Below, piece by piece: positions 18,475 to 27,231 of a DNA stretch of 64,000 bases. The position numbers and the translations under genes are program-made. The number at the start of each line of letters is the position of its first letter. The first letter of the stretch is position 1. Origin of the DNA: a virus. Lineage: Duplodnaviria > Caudoviricetes. The notes under the pieces were generated by a model. That model made no database searches, was not told the DNA's origin, and saw only the letters and a list, made by a program, of their open reading frames with translations. Where the stretch lies: positions 32,001-96,000 of IMG/VR virus record IMGVR_UViG_3300023048_000002; one strand, 5' to 3'.

Positions 18475-19449
18475 TTACCAATCACTACCAGATGATCCAC
18501 TATCGAAGCTGGAAGAACCAGAATCAAAGCTTGAAGATGAATCTGACCAGCTAGACGAGCTAGAAGAACCGCTATCCCAACTTGAGGATGAGCTTGACGA
18601 GGAACTGGAAGAACCAGAATCGAAGGTGTCAGTATCACCATCATCAAATGTGGTTGTAGTGGTGGTTGTAGTGGTTGAACCAGAATCAAATCCACGATCA
18701 ACATGGCCGACATATGGGTCACTATAATAGTGATCACGATGATGATCAGACAATGCTTCATTAAGAAGAACACCAGTCAGCATGCCATCGACATAACCAT
18801 TATTGGTATTACCGACGATAACAGTCTGTGGGACGACTGAAGGCTGGACGATAACTGGTGATACTGGTACCGTTGGGCGAGTAACATTAGCCGATGAGTA
18901 ACGTGGAACCGGCTGGCTAACACCAGCACCATAAGTACCACTGTTTGCGGTACGAGTTACCGGCTGACTATCAACAAGATCACGATAAGCACGTTCGGTC
19001 TTATCATCGATTTCCTGCTGGCGGCGCTGGATCGACTTATAGACCCAAACAATGATGCCGACGATAACAAGGACCGCAAGGGTGCCGAAGAAGTACGGAG
19101 CAACACTACCGGACTCATGTGCAGGCTGTACCGTTGGCTGACGAACAGTCGCAGTAGTAGTCGTAGTAGTTACAGACTTTGCGACATGCTGCGAAGTAAG
19201 CTTACCAACGAAATCATTATACTTTGAAAGGCTACCTGCATAACCATGCGATGGATCGATTGCATCAGCCTTGGACAGTGCTGTACGAGCTTCGCCAGTC
19301 TTGCCGAGATGCTGTTCAACCTGTGCAAGGTAATACCAACCCTTGGCTGATTCTGGATGTTCCTGAAGGCCTTGCTGAAGGTCTTTCTCAGCCTGTGCCC
19401 AATTACCATCGCGAGTGATTTCTGTCGAGATTTCAGCGAGTGACTTCAT
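18475..19449 (-). CDS. TPR-repeat single-pass membrane protein with a Ser/Gly/Asp-rich tail
   Basis: TPR (HPESAKGWYYLAQ...AR.AL.KA..IDP), one TM helix, low-complexity C-terminus; start at 19449 from an AGGA RBS. Confidence 0.8.
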   Translation of the reverse strand: MKSLAEISTEITRDGNWAQAEKDLQQGLQEHPESAKGWYYLAQVEQHLGKTGEARTALSKADAIDPSHGYAGSLSKYNDFVGKLTSQHVAKSVTTTTTTATVRQPTVQPAHESGSVAPYFFGTLAVLVIVGIIVWVYKSIQRRQQEIDDKTERAYRDLVDSQPVTRTANSGTYGAGVSQPVPRYSSANVTRPTVPVSPVIVQPSVVPQTVIVGNTNNGYVDGMLTGVLLNEALSDHHRDHYYSDPYVGHVDRGFDSGSTTTTTTTTTFDDGDTDTFDSGSSSSSSSSSSSWDSGSSSSSSWSDSSSSFDSGSSSFDSGSSGSDW

Positions 19450-19528
19450 TGTGTGTTTTCCTGTAGGGTTATAAAAGTTTGGACACCGTTGTGGTGTCCA
19501 CACAGAATACTTCTATTAATTCTTTCCG

Positions 19529-20056
19529 TCAATCAATTGTGATTGACTGGATTGGGACCGTAACCTGATTAGTGCTAAATCCAAAGATTAACATTCCATC
19601 CTTGTTGGAAGCATAGCACCAAGTATGGTCAACAGGGATAAAAAATTTTAAGTTAAATGGCTTAGCTGTAATTCCCTTATGAACAAAGAGTTCTCTGTTC
19701 ACCCCATTAGAAAAATCTTCTGGTCTATACAAAGACCAATTATGGTCACGTTCAACAAATTCGGTTTCTTCTTTAAGACCAAAATGGTTGTAGGTCGTGT
19801 AAACATTTAAATATCCACCTTGCAAGTCAGCCTTTATATCACTACTATTGTAACCAGTAACAGCAATCTCAATGCAAGCATTGTCGTCATTGTGATATCT
19901 AATATTGAATGGCAACATTGCTTCACCTCTTAAGTGAATAGCTTCCAATGGGTATTTTTTAATCTTATTGAAATAATTACCAACTTCTTGATGTCTCTGC
20001 TTATAGTGAAGCTTTTCAAGTTCAGAATCTTTGTTTTCAATTTTAATTTCTGACAT
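19529..20056 (-). CDS. small heat-shock protein (IbpA-like)
   Basis: PFNI...IEIAVTGY...DI...L.V, HKGI..KPF..KF, DGML. Confidence 0.75.
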   Translation of the reverse strand: MSEIKIENKDSELEKLHYKQRHQEVGNYFNKIKKYPLEAIHLRGEAMLPFNIRYHNDDNACIEIAVTGYNSSDIKADLQGGYLNVYTTYNHFGLKEETEFVERDHNWSLYRPEDFSNGVNRELFVHKGITAKPFNLKFFIPVDHTWCYASNKDGMLIFGFSTNQVTVPIQSITID

Positions 20057-20146
20057 ACTATTCTCCTATGTGTTATATCAGGATATGTCCTTTCGGCTAC
20101 ATAAGTAGCTATATTTCGACTAGCCATCAACAGTCTATCATTAAAA

Positions 20147-20806
20147 TTAAACAGACGCTAGCTTTCTGATCTTGGTGGAAGACATATCATTATTACCTTC
20201 AATAAAAATATGGCGGTCTGATTCCATCAATGTCTTGTATCGTTTAAATGAATCACTCTGACTTCTACCTGCAACGATGCACTTACCCTTGTCGATAAAG
20301 GCTAGTGAGAAGTTTGCACGGTCACCACCGCAAAGGAGGTATGCATCATTGTTAAGATCAATGAGTTCCTTATACAGGCGAGTGAAGTTACGCGAACAAC
20401 CATTTTCCATAGAATCTTCAAAGATCAATGAGAAGCTAAATCCACGATAGGGGAATCGACCCAAGAGAAGGCCGAATGCGGCGGTAAAACTCTTCTCGTT
20501 GAACTTACCTTTAGAGGTACGGTATTGCTGATGATCAACATGAATGATCACGATACCTTCTGTACCATGCTTTGCAATAGCATCAATGGCTTTGATGACG
20601 GTCTCAAGGTGACCTTCATGGAAAGGATAGAATGCACCAGAATACTGAATGACCGTCTTACCCTCGGGAAGACTGAAGGTCTTAGCATAAGATTCATTCC
20701 ATGCATGAGGCTCTTGGAAATATCCAGCCTGTAGACAGAAGTCATATCCATACTTAGCTTCAATGGTTTGAAACCAAGGGTCTAGACAATCAAGTTCAGT
20801 AGCCAT
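20147..20806 (-). CDS. HxGH nucleotidyltransferase (NadD/cytidylyltransferase-like)
   Basis: YSGAFYPFHEGH, CGGDR, MSSTKIRK. Confidence 0.8.
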   Translation of the reverse strand: MATELDCLDPWFQTIEAKYGYDFCLQAGYFQEPHAWNESYAKTFSLPEGKTVIQYSGAFYPFHEGHLETVIKAIDAIAKHGTEGIVIIHVDHQQYRTSKGKFNEKSFTAAFGLLLGRFPYRGFSFSLIFEDSMENGCSRNFTRLYKELIDLNNDAYLLCGGDRANFSLAFIDKGKCIVAGRSQSDSFKRYKTLMESDRHIFIEGNNDMSSTKIRKLASV

Positions 20807-20831
20807 AATTATATTCCAATGTCAATATCGT

Positions 20832-21665
20832 TCAAAAACCGTAAGCCACATCACCCCTGATGATATAACGGTGCCCATCACCCACATACTTCTCCACCTG
20901 ATGGCAGAGCCAGTGAGGGAAGATCAGCAAACGCCCCTGCTTAGGGGAAACACTCATGATAACCTCATTACTCATTTCTGTCCAGTCTGAGCGATCCTGA
21001 AACATAGGATGAATATGATGCTGATGATCCTTAACAAACTGGAAGTTACCGCCAGTACCACTAGGAGTATTGAGATACAGAACCCATGAGAAGAGAGTTG
21101 TATAACGCTCATCTGTGTTAACGAATGGTGCATCATAATGTGGAGTATGCATTCCACCATCAGCATACTTCATAAAACGAAGCCATGGTGTTGATCCAAG
21201 AAGTTCATAGCGTTCTTCAGGTTCAAACGGAGTTGCCATTACAGGCTGATATGAACCCGGACAATCCTTGCGCTCATACTTGTATGGCTGCATAAGAGTA
21301 TGCATACCACCGATCTTGGTACGAACAAATTCACGGATAGGAACCATATTGTGAATTTGCTTAGTAATGACATCTGCAAAGTCTGTACCCCAAGCCATGG
21401 CGCGATGCGACCCAGCATTCTCTTCAGTATTAGCAAAACCATCAATACCCACTGGATATTGAATTTGATCATCAAACTGACGGATCAGGCTTGCACACTG
21501 CTCAGCCGAGATAATGTCATCACCCCAAATAATAGGATATTCAGAATAATGATTGATGATTCGTTGCTCACGAATACCAAAACGCTTCTGTTCTTTGAGG
21601 ATAGATGGGTTCCATTCCGGCTTCGTATAGAGTCCACCAGTCTTATAAGCATTGAGGTTGTGCAT
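20832..21665 (-). CDS. 2OG-Fe(II) oxygenase (prolyl-4-hydroxylase-like)
   Basis: RFMKY..GG.HTPHYD, LYLN...GG, P.QG.LLIFPH..CH, RYIIRGD. Confidence 0.88.
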   Translation of the reverse strand: MHNLNAYKTGGLYTKPEWNPSILKEQKRFGIREQRIINHYSEYPIIWGDDIISAEQCASLIRQFDDQIQYPVGIDGFANTEENAGSHRAMAWGTDFADVITKQIHNMVPIREFVRTKIGGMHTLMQPYKYERKDCPGSYQPVMATPFEPEERYELLGSTPWLRFMKYADGGMHTPHYDAPFVNTDERYTTLFSWVLYLNTPSGTGGNFQFVKDHQHHIHPMFQDRSDWTEMSNEVIMSVSPKQGRLLIFPHWLCHQVEKYVGDGHRYIIRGDVAYGF

Positions 21666-21778
21666 GGGATGTCTCGTGATTTGATAACGCTATTATTTCT
21701 CAACTCCATTAGAAGTCAAGATTAAGTTTACTTTAAAGATGAATAGGTGTAAAATATAACGACTAATTGAGTAGTTGA

Positions 21779-22114
21779 ATGAAGTTACATCTTACACAAA
21801 GGGATTTCAAGGATATATGGAATCAGTTAAAGGCATCAGCAAAGAAACGTAATATTGAATTCACGTTGCTGCCATCTGACATAGACGAGATTGGCATTCC
21901 TATCACCTGTCCCATCCTTGGGATACCATTAAGCTTCCATCGCAATAAGGTACAGGCTGACTCTATAAGTTTTGATAGAATCGATTCAGCTAAAGGTTAT
22001 TCTATTGACAACGTGATAGTTGTATCGTACCGAGCAAATATGCTCAAGTCTAATGCAACGTTAGATGAAATGCGAAAAATCGTTAACTTCTATGAAGAAT
22101 TAATTAAAGATTAA
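21779..22114 (+). CDS. small HNH-like endonuclease, antisense to the operon
   Basis: CPILG, SFDRIDSAKGYSIDNVIVVSYRANMLK. Confidence 0.75.
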   Translation: MKLHLTQRDFKDIWNQLKASAKKRNIEFTLLPSDIDEIGIPITCPILGIPLSFHRNKVQADSISFDRIDSAKGYSIDNVIVVSYRANMLKSNATLDEMRKIVNFYEELIKD

Positions 22115-22964
22115 TCTGTGATATCGCTCCAATGATTTTCGAATATGCGTACTTACGGAATCCTTCCAGTCTCGGATATGCATGTTGACCGGGGAACGGC
22201 AGATTGTATTTGTGTCGATTGCGATGAATATTGTTAACCACAAATGTTGTAGGATCATCAACATTTTTAATCGCATTAATGAGATTGGTTCGATCATCAG
22301 TAGTGTCACTAACATTACTCGCTTCATAGGCAACCTTTTCAATCTGTGGATATGTTGCCCCAATCATCTTATAATCGTTAAGGTCACCTGACCACTGTAG
22401 ATCACCAGATGGTACCGCATCGATGATTTCCTGCGGAACGCCAAGCTCCTTAGCTAGTGCATATACTTCAGACTTGTGAAGATGGCTAATCGGATAGTAG
22501 TCCTGTGCAGCGTCAGAAGCCTTACCCCAAAATCCAAGGTAAGCAGCTTCATCGAAATTAACAGTACCAACAACCACTGGCTTCAAACCATGGCAGTGTC
22601 GCTCGGCAGCAATACCATAGAAGTAAGCATTACGGATGATGGGGAGTGCAGCTTCCTTGCCTGCTTCGTTCAGATATCGCGGATTCTCCATTTCAAGATA
22701 ATCCCAACGCATCATATAATCTTCATGATCGTGAGCTTCATGCATTGCAGCAACAAAATCCATGGCAATCATCGGTGATGAAAGCTTCTGACCTTTGAAG
22801 CACGTCTGAAACACTGTGGTTGGAATTCCTGCATGATGAAGAACAGCAGCGGTAGTAGCCGAATCGATACCACCAGAATAGCCTACGATTGCTTCGTTGA
22901 GACCACTGGTCTCAAACCATCGCTTAACGTGGTTGAGAAGCCTTTCTGTAGATGCACTGTACAT
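22104..22964 (-). CDS. nadE: NH3-dependent NAD+ synthetase
   Basis: GYSGGIDS PP-loop, VVGT.N.DE..LGF..K..D, PI.HL.KSEVY.LA..LGVP..I....PS.DL. Confidence 0.9.
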   Translation of the reverse strand: MYSASTERLLNHVKRWFETSGLNEAIVGYSGGIDSATTAAVLHHAGIPTTVFQTCFKGQKLSSPMIAMDFVAAMHEAHDHEDYMMRWDYLEMENPRYLNEAGKEAALPIIRNAYFYGIAAERHCHGLKPVVVGTVNFDEAAYLGFWGKASDAAQDYYPISHLHKSEVYALAKELGVPQEIIDAVPSGDLQWSGDLNDYKMIGATYPQIEKVAYEASNVSDTTDDRTNLINAIKNVDDPTTFVVNNIHRNRHKYNLPFPGQHAYPRLEGFRKYAYSKIIGAISQINL

Positions 22965-22966
22965 GA

Positions 22967-23560
22967 TTAACCCTTCAAAGTTTGATTGACGATTTCCTTC
23001 ATTGGAGCAAACAACTCTTCTGGCAATGAAGTGCGCTTCGAAAAGAATAACGGATTAATTAGATAGTTGCAAGCACTAATTCCATTATCGGTCTTCAGGA
23101 GTGAGTTGTTCATGAACAAGTCTTCCATGTCGATGAGGTCTTCATTCTTAAACAGACGTACCGGAACGGTGTAACTCTCCGTACCCAACAGCGACTTAGC
23201 CAGATGCATAGTCTGACCATGAACCATATCAGTATCAATGATATGAATCATGCCAGTATAAAGTATTTTCTTCCTGATTGGCATAGGCTCCCCAACAAGA
23301 CGGTTGACCACATCACCATGTTCATTGAACACTCGTGAAATCTGAAAATAATCTATACCAAATGCATCAGCAAGATGACGATCTAGAGACACATGAAGAT
23401 GTTCAAGAATTTGTGGTGGAAAGATACCAAAGTCTTCCTTATTAGGAACACGATGATCCACAACCCTAATCTCCGAACCAAGTTCCTTACGAATGAGACC
23501 GCTCACTTTGTCAAGATAGTGCATACCTTCTTCGGTATGCACTCTGAGAATGTATTTCAT
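22967..23560 (-). CDS. divergent phosphoribosyltransferase-like protein
   Basis: IHIIDTDMVHGQTM resembles the type I PRTase PRPP loop (hhhhDDhhxTGxT); sits between nadV and nadE. Confidence 0.45.
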   Translation of the reverse strand: MKYILRVHTEEGMHYLDKVSGLIRKELGSEIRVVDHRVPNKEDFGIFPPQILEHLHVSLDRHLADAFGIDYFQISRVFNEHGDVVNRLVGEPMPIRKKILYTGMIHIIDTDMVHGQTMHLAKSLLGTESYTVPVRLFKNEDLIDMEDLFMNNSLLKTDNGISACNYLINPLFFSKRTSLPEELFAPMKEIVNQTLKG

Positions 23561-23568
23561 AGCTATCC

Positions 23569-24969
23569 TTACTTAACGAAATAGGCATTAGCACGTTCAC
23601 GAACTTCATCAAAGGTCGTTTCTTTGACGATCATACCATGCTTAAACACGATTTCAAGCTCTTCTTTGCGTTCCAGTGGGTCTTCCAGACGAATAGTAAG
23701 GTAATTACCGTGATCATCCTTGACAAGACCTAGGCGGCCCTGCTTTGAGGTCTTACCATTATCATCAATCGGCTGTTTGTATACATCGACCCATTCATTG
23801 TTTACCAGAGCAGCAGAGCATTTCTGTGCAAACTTAAATGTATCACGATTGACCATCTGCAAAAGACCGCCACCCATTCCAAAGTTAAGATTTTCAGTGC
23901 TGAAACCTTCAGCCTTAAGATTCTCAAGAATCAAAGGAATCGTTTCAAGAGTGATACCATCACCCTGAATCACACGGATGTGATCAGGAAGCACTTTGTA
24001 TCCCTTGCTGTTAACTGTAAACCCTTCAAGTTCGGCAATCATCTTAACCAACTTGATAGGAACAAGAGTCGGATCACCAGAGTCAGGACGGATGACTACA
24101 CGAGCGCCAGCAGCCTTTACGCGGTCGAATAGACCACCCTTGCTCCACATGTTCTCAACAGCATTGTAGATGTTGTAACTATCAGAGACTACTGCAAAGA
24201 TTGCGCCCTTCTTGGCATACTGATCAACCATGTTCGAATAAGCGTCAAACTCATTCTCACGCTTCCAGCTAGTGATGGTTGAATGCTCTGCGGCAGGGAT
24301 CGAATATGCGCAAACATCAGAACCATAATAATTCATGGCACCAACGATGGCTTCAACGGTGTCAGAACCCATGAAGTTAACGATATGGCCCATACCACCA
24401 AGCATGGCGCTTTCTGCACTACTGACACCACGAGCGCCGAAGTCATGAAGCATGAAATTCAGACTATCAAGCTGGTCAGAGGTTTCAAGAAGATACTTGT
24501 GCATGATCTTCTTACAGGTATAAGAAAGAGTAGCAACCGTTGAAGGATACCAGATGGCACGAAGAAGTGCTGTTTCAATATATGAAGGAAGCCAGAAAAG
24601 GTTCGGGTCTGACGTGTGAACGGTGAGAAGGACATTGTGCAGTGGAATCACAGAACCTTCCTTTGCAGACTTGATCGTCAGTGGAAGATATCCATCATGC
24701 TTTTCTACAATGTATTTCCAACCATCATAGTTGAACGGTTCGCCATGCTTTGCTGCGAAGGTGTTAGCAAATTCAACATCAGCCATTGTGATGGGCTTGC
24801 TAAGGTATTCTTTGAGATAAGCCTGAAGGCCAAAATAAAGTAGTTCATCAGTGAACTTGCAGCCACGGGATTCAATATAGCTGAATACATCAGTGGTGCC
24901 TGCGGGATACTGAAGCCAATGAGACATCTTATAGCTATCAGCGCGTAGAATTGTGTGTAGTTTAATCAT
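23569..24969 (-). CDS. nadV: nicotinamide phosphoribosyltransferase
   Basis: DSYKMSH, HDFGARG, NFMGSDT (Asp of nicotinamide specificity), SIPAAEHS, VSDSY, RPDSG, IQGDG, GGGLLQ. Confidence 0.95.
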   Translation of the reverse strand: MIKLHTILRADSYKMSHWLQYPAGTTDVFSYIESRGCKFTDELLYFGLQAYLKEYLSKPITMADVEFANTFAAKHGEPFNYDGWKYIVEKHDGYLPLTIKSAKEGSVIPLHNVLLTVHTSDPNLFWLPSYIETALLRAIWYPSTVATLSYTCKKIMHKYLLETSDQLDSLNFMLHDFGARGVSSAESAMLGGMGHIVNFMGSDTVEAIVGAMNYYGSDVCAYSIPAAEHSTITSWKRENEFDAYSNMVDQYAKKGAIFAVVSDSYNIYNAVENMWSKGGLFDRVKAAGARVVIRPDSGDPTLVPIKLVKMIAELEGFTVNSKGYKVLPDHIRVIQGDGITLETIPLILENLKAEGFSTENLNFGMGGGLLQMVNRDTFKFAQKCSAALVNNEWVDVYKQPIDDNGKTSKQGRLGLVKDDHGNYLTIRLEDPLERKEELEIVFKHGMIVKETTFDEVRERANAYFVK

Positions 24970-25006
24970 GATCCTTAACTCCTAAGTGATTTCGATTATG
25001 TGTTGT

Positions 25007-25046
25007 ATTGTGCGTGACAAAGAAATATTTGTCAAGTTTATTTATG
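25007..25046 (-). promoter_or_regulatory. tandem late (CATAAATA) and sigma70 promoter of nadV, with an inverted repeat
   Basis: CATAAATA 25039-25046; TTGACA-N17-CACAAT 25007-25035; TGACAAA-N6-TTTGTCA 25015-25034. Confidence 0.55.
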
Positions 25047-25191
25047 TTTCATCTGGAACAATGTGGTACTTTGGTCTTTTACGTACAGGCTCTAAATTTT
25101 TTAGAAGCTTTATACTTTCAGAATCATATATAACAGTCTTCTCTATTTCAAAATCACTGTTAGGTAATGGTTTGACAATGAAATCTTCCAT
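25042..25191 (-). CDS. hypothetical 49 aa protein, not in the ORF track
   Basis: Hand-translated MEDFIVKPLP...; TAATG overlap. Confidence 0.5.
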   Translation of the reverse strand: MEDFIVKPLPNSDFEIEKTVIYDSESIKLLKNLEPVRKRPKYHIVPDET

Positions 25192-25382
25192 TACTGTTCC
25201 TGCGGCCACTTAACAGCATCGGCACGACCACGAAATACTTCCCATGCTGCCTTTAGCTTCTCAAACCTGAAAGCACCACTAGCTGGACGTGCTGGCACGT
25301 AACCATCTTTACCGTTGCTAGATTGCACTCCACCATTGTTGGCATATTCAACAAGGTCTTTTAGATTCCACATTGTACTCAT
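25191..25382 (-). CDS. hypothetical protein
   Basis: 63 aa, YVPARP...KAAWEVF.G.ADAVKW. Confidence 0.7.
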   Translation of the reverse strand: MSTMWNLKDLVEYANNGGVQSSNGKDGYVPARPASGAFRFEKLKAAWEVFRGRADAVKWPQEQ

Positions 25383-25383
25383 A

Positions 25384-25650
25384 TTAATCCTTGGTCTTTA
25401 CGTATGGTTTAGTTTGCATTGAATTAGAAGGATCAATGTAATAAACCTGTCCAACACTATGTGTGAATTCATTATATTGTTTCTGAATGCCTTCAACCGT
25501 AGCATATCGATTATAAAAATCTTGACCATTGCCAAGGTTCATCGGCCAACCACACAAGTATACAATTTGATTGTCAGGCGGGACAGGCACGTTGGCCTTG
25601 TCACCACCCCATAACTCTTTATAGAACTCTAAATCTAATGGGTAATCCAT
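25384..25650 (-). CDS. hypothetical protein
   Basis: 88 aa, AAGGA RBS. Confidence 0.65.
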   Translation of the reverse strand: MDYPLDLEFYKELWGGDKANVPVPPDNQIVYLCGWPMNLGNGQDFYNRYATVEGIQKQYNEFTHSVGQVYYIDPSNSMQTKPYVKTKD

Positions 25651-25674
25651 ACTGTTCCTTAAATGTGTTAGATA

Positions 25675-26913
25675 TTACTTACGCATGATAACCTTATCTT
25701 CAACCTTGGCAATCCAATAGTTGATCTGACACATGTGATCCTCAAAGATTTGATCGCGCATTCTACGGACTTCTGCCAAATTAAACCACCATGCTTCAGC
25801 AGCATCGTCCATACCCTTGACGCGAGGAAGACCACGCGAATCATCAAGAGCATAGCAATGAGACTGTGAGATAGTACGGCCAACCTTCTTACCACAGCGA
25901 CCACGAAGTGAACGGTCAGGATGATCGAAGGTCTTTTCACCAACATAACTACCGATAAGAACCTTATCTGGAATCTTCAAACCAGTCTCTTCCTCAAGCT
26001 CACGAAGTGATGCTGTGAAGGAATTCTCGTTGCCGTTGATGTGTCCACCCGGAAGTGCCCATAGACCCTTACCCGGATGCTTGGCACGTTTGATCAATAG
26101 GATATGTCCTGACTGAATAATTACATTGTCAGCGCAGTAGAAATTGGTAATGACCTCGTAGTCATGTTCCTCTTTGATCTTATCCTGAAGCTCTTCGAAT
26201 GGCTTCTGATATTCAAGATCGAAATCATACCAGTCCTTTACATACTGGAACTTCTCGGTCTTCATCCACTGTTCAATATAATTTGCCGTACCTTCAGGAA
26301 GAAACTTCTTAAAGTTAAGATCACCATCGTAGATCATCTTACGGATATCGGTTGCATTGACCAGAGTGCCTTCTTTGGTGTAGGCAAGAGTGGTCTCAAG
26401 CGGCCATTTCGGGAACATATTCAAATAGAAAGATGAATCGTCCTTTTCATAGCCAACGACACAAATCTTTGCGGTATGTGCTTCGTCACGACCATTAACG
26501 CGATACTTGGAATAGTCCATGACCACGGCATCGACAGCTTCATACATAAGTGCCTGCCATTCCTTATCCTGATAACGACGATCTTCTACGGCCTGAAAGT
26601 GAATACCTTCAAGCTCTTCTGGCGTTAGGCCAGCTTTGATCATTTCGATACGTTCTGCGGAAGTCCATGGATTCTTCCAGTCGATAGGCTGGTTGTGGGA
26701 ACCCAATGCAACGATGACATGATCGGCAAGGGTCTTCGCATGGAGAAGATTTTCACGATGAGCTTCAGTGAATGGTTCCATACGGCCAATAAGCACTGCG
26801 AAGTTATACTTCTTTGATGCCGGTACCCAAACATCTTTGGTTGGGGTCTTACTGATTTTAACGGCACGATTAAGTTCATCGTAACCAATGGTAATTTTCT
26901 TATTCATATCCAT
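25675..26913 (-). CDS. nadM: bifunctional NMN adenylyltransferase / ADP-ribose Nudix hydrolase (NadM-Nudix, NatV-like)
   Basis: IGRMEPFTEAH, GS...KNPW...ER, G.EKD.SS.YL..FP.W, NATDIR; Nudix WALPGG..NE....LRELEEETGL, DDA..A.W, FEDH. Confidence 0.93.
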   Translation of the reverse strand: MDMNKKITIGYDELNRAVKISKTPTKDVWVPASKKYNFAVLIGRMEPFTEAHRENLLHAKTLADHVIVALGSHNQPIDWKNPWTSAERIEMIKAGLTPEELEGIHFQAVEDRRYQDKEWQALMYEAVDAVVMDYSKYRVNGRDEAHTAKICVVGYEKDDSSFYLNMFPKWPLETTLAYTKEGTLVNATDIRKMIYDGDLNFKKFLPEGTANYIEQWMKTEKFQYVKDWYDFDLEYQKPFEELQDKIKEEHDYEVITNFYCADNVIIQSGHILLIKRAKHPGKGLWALPGGHINGNENSFTASLRELEEETGLKIPDKVLIGSYVGEKTFDHPDRSLRGRCGKKVGRTISQSHCYALDDSRGLPRVKGMDDAAEAWWFNLAEVRRMRDQIFEDHMCQINYWIAKVEDKVIMRK

Positions 26914-26936
26914 AACTCCTATGTGATAGTGATTGA

Positions 26937-26964
26937 ATTGTACTGCTAAACGTATTTATGTCAA
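26937..26964 (-). promoter_or_regulatory. overlapping sigma70 and late promoter of nadM
   Basis: TTGACA-N16-TACAAT with embedded CATAAATA (26953-26960). Confidence 0.6.
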
Positions 26965-26967
26965 GAA

Positions 26968-27231
26968 TTAATAGTGTGCATCAATGGCTAGTTCATGTCG
27001 GCCCTCACTATCTTTGAAGATAAGAGGTGACCAAGCTAGAATATAATTTGATTCACCACGAGGAATAGTCTTCCAATTTTGGTTTTCAAAATAGTGATCT
27101 TCGATTCTTTCGATTATAACTGGAACCTTCTGAATTTCTTCGTCAGAAAGTCCCTTATTCTTCAACCTGTCGATAGTTTCAAGTAGATCACCAACAGTAC
27201 AGTAATGCTTATAGAGAATATAATCACCCAT
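26968..27231 (-). CDS. hypothetical protein
   Basis: 87 aa ORF. Confidence 0.65.
   Translation of the reverse strand: MGDYILYKHYCTVGDLLETIDRLKNKGLSDEEIQKVPVIIERIEDHYFENQNWKTIPRGESNYILAWSPLIFKDSEGRHELAIDAHY

Noticed and set aside
22967-24969. NARP1 (Adps plus Namat) assignment
   Set aside because: The neighbour is too short and lacks PRPP-synthetase motifs, and NadM-Nudix nearby fits the Nampt+NMNAT route. It cannot be fully excluded without assays.
25015-25034. NrtR operator at the nadV promoter
   Set aside because: The palindrome does not fit the GT-N7-AC core and no NrtR gene is seen; kept only as an unnamed inverted repeat.
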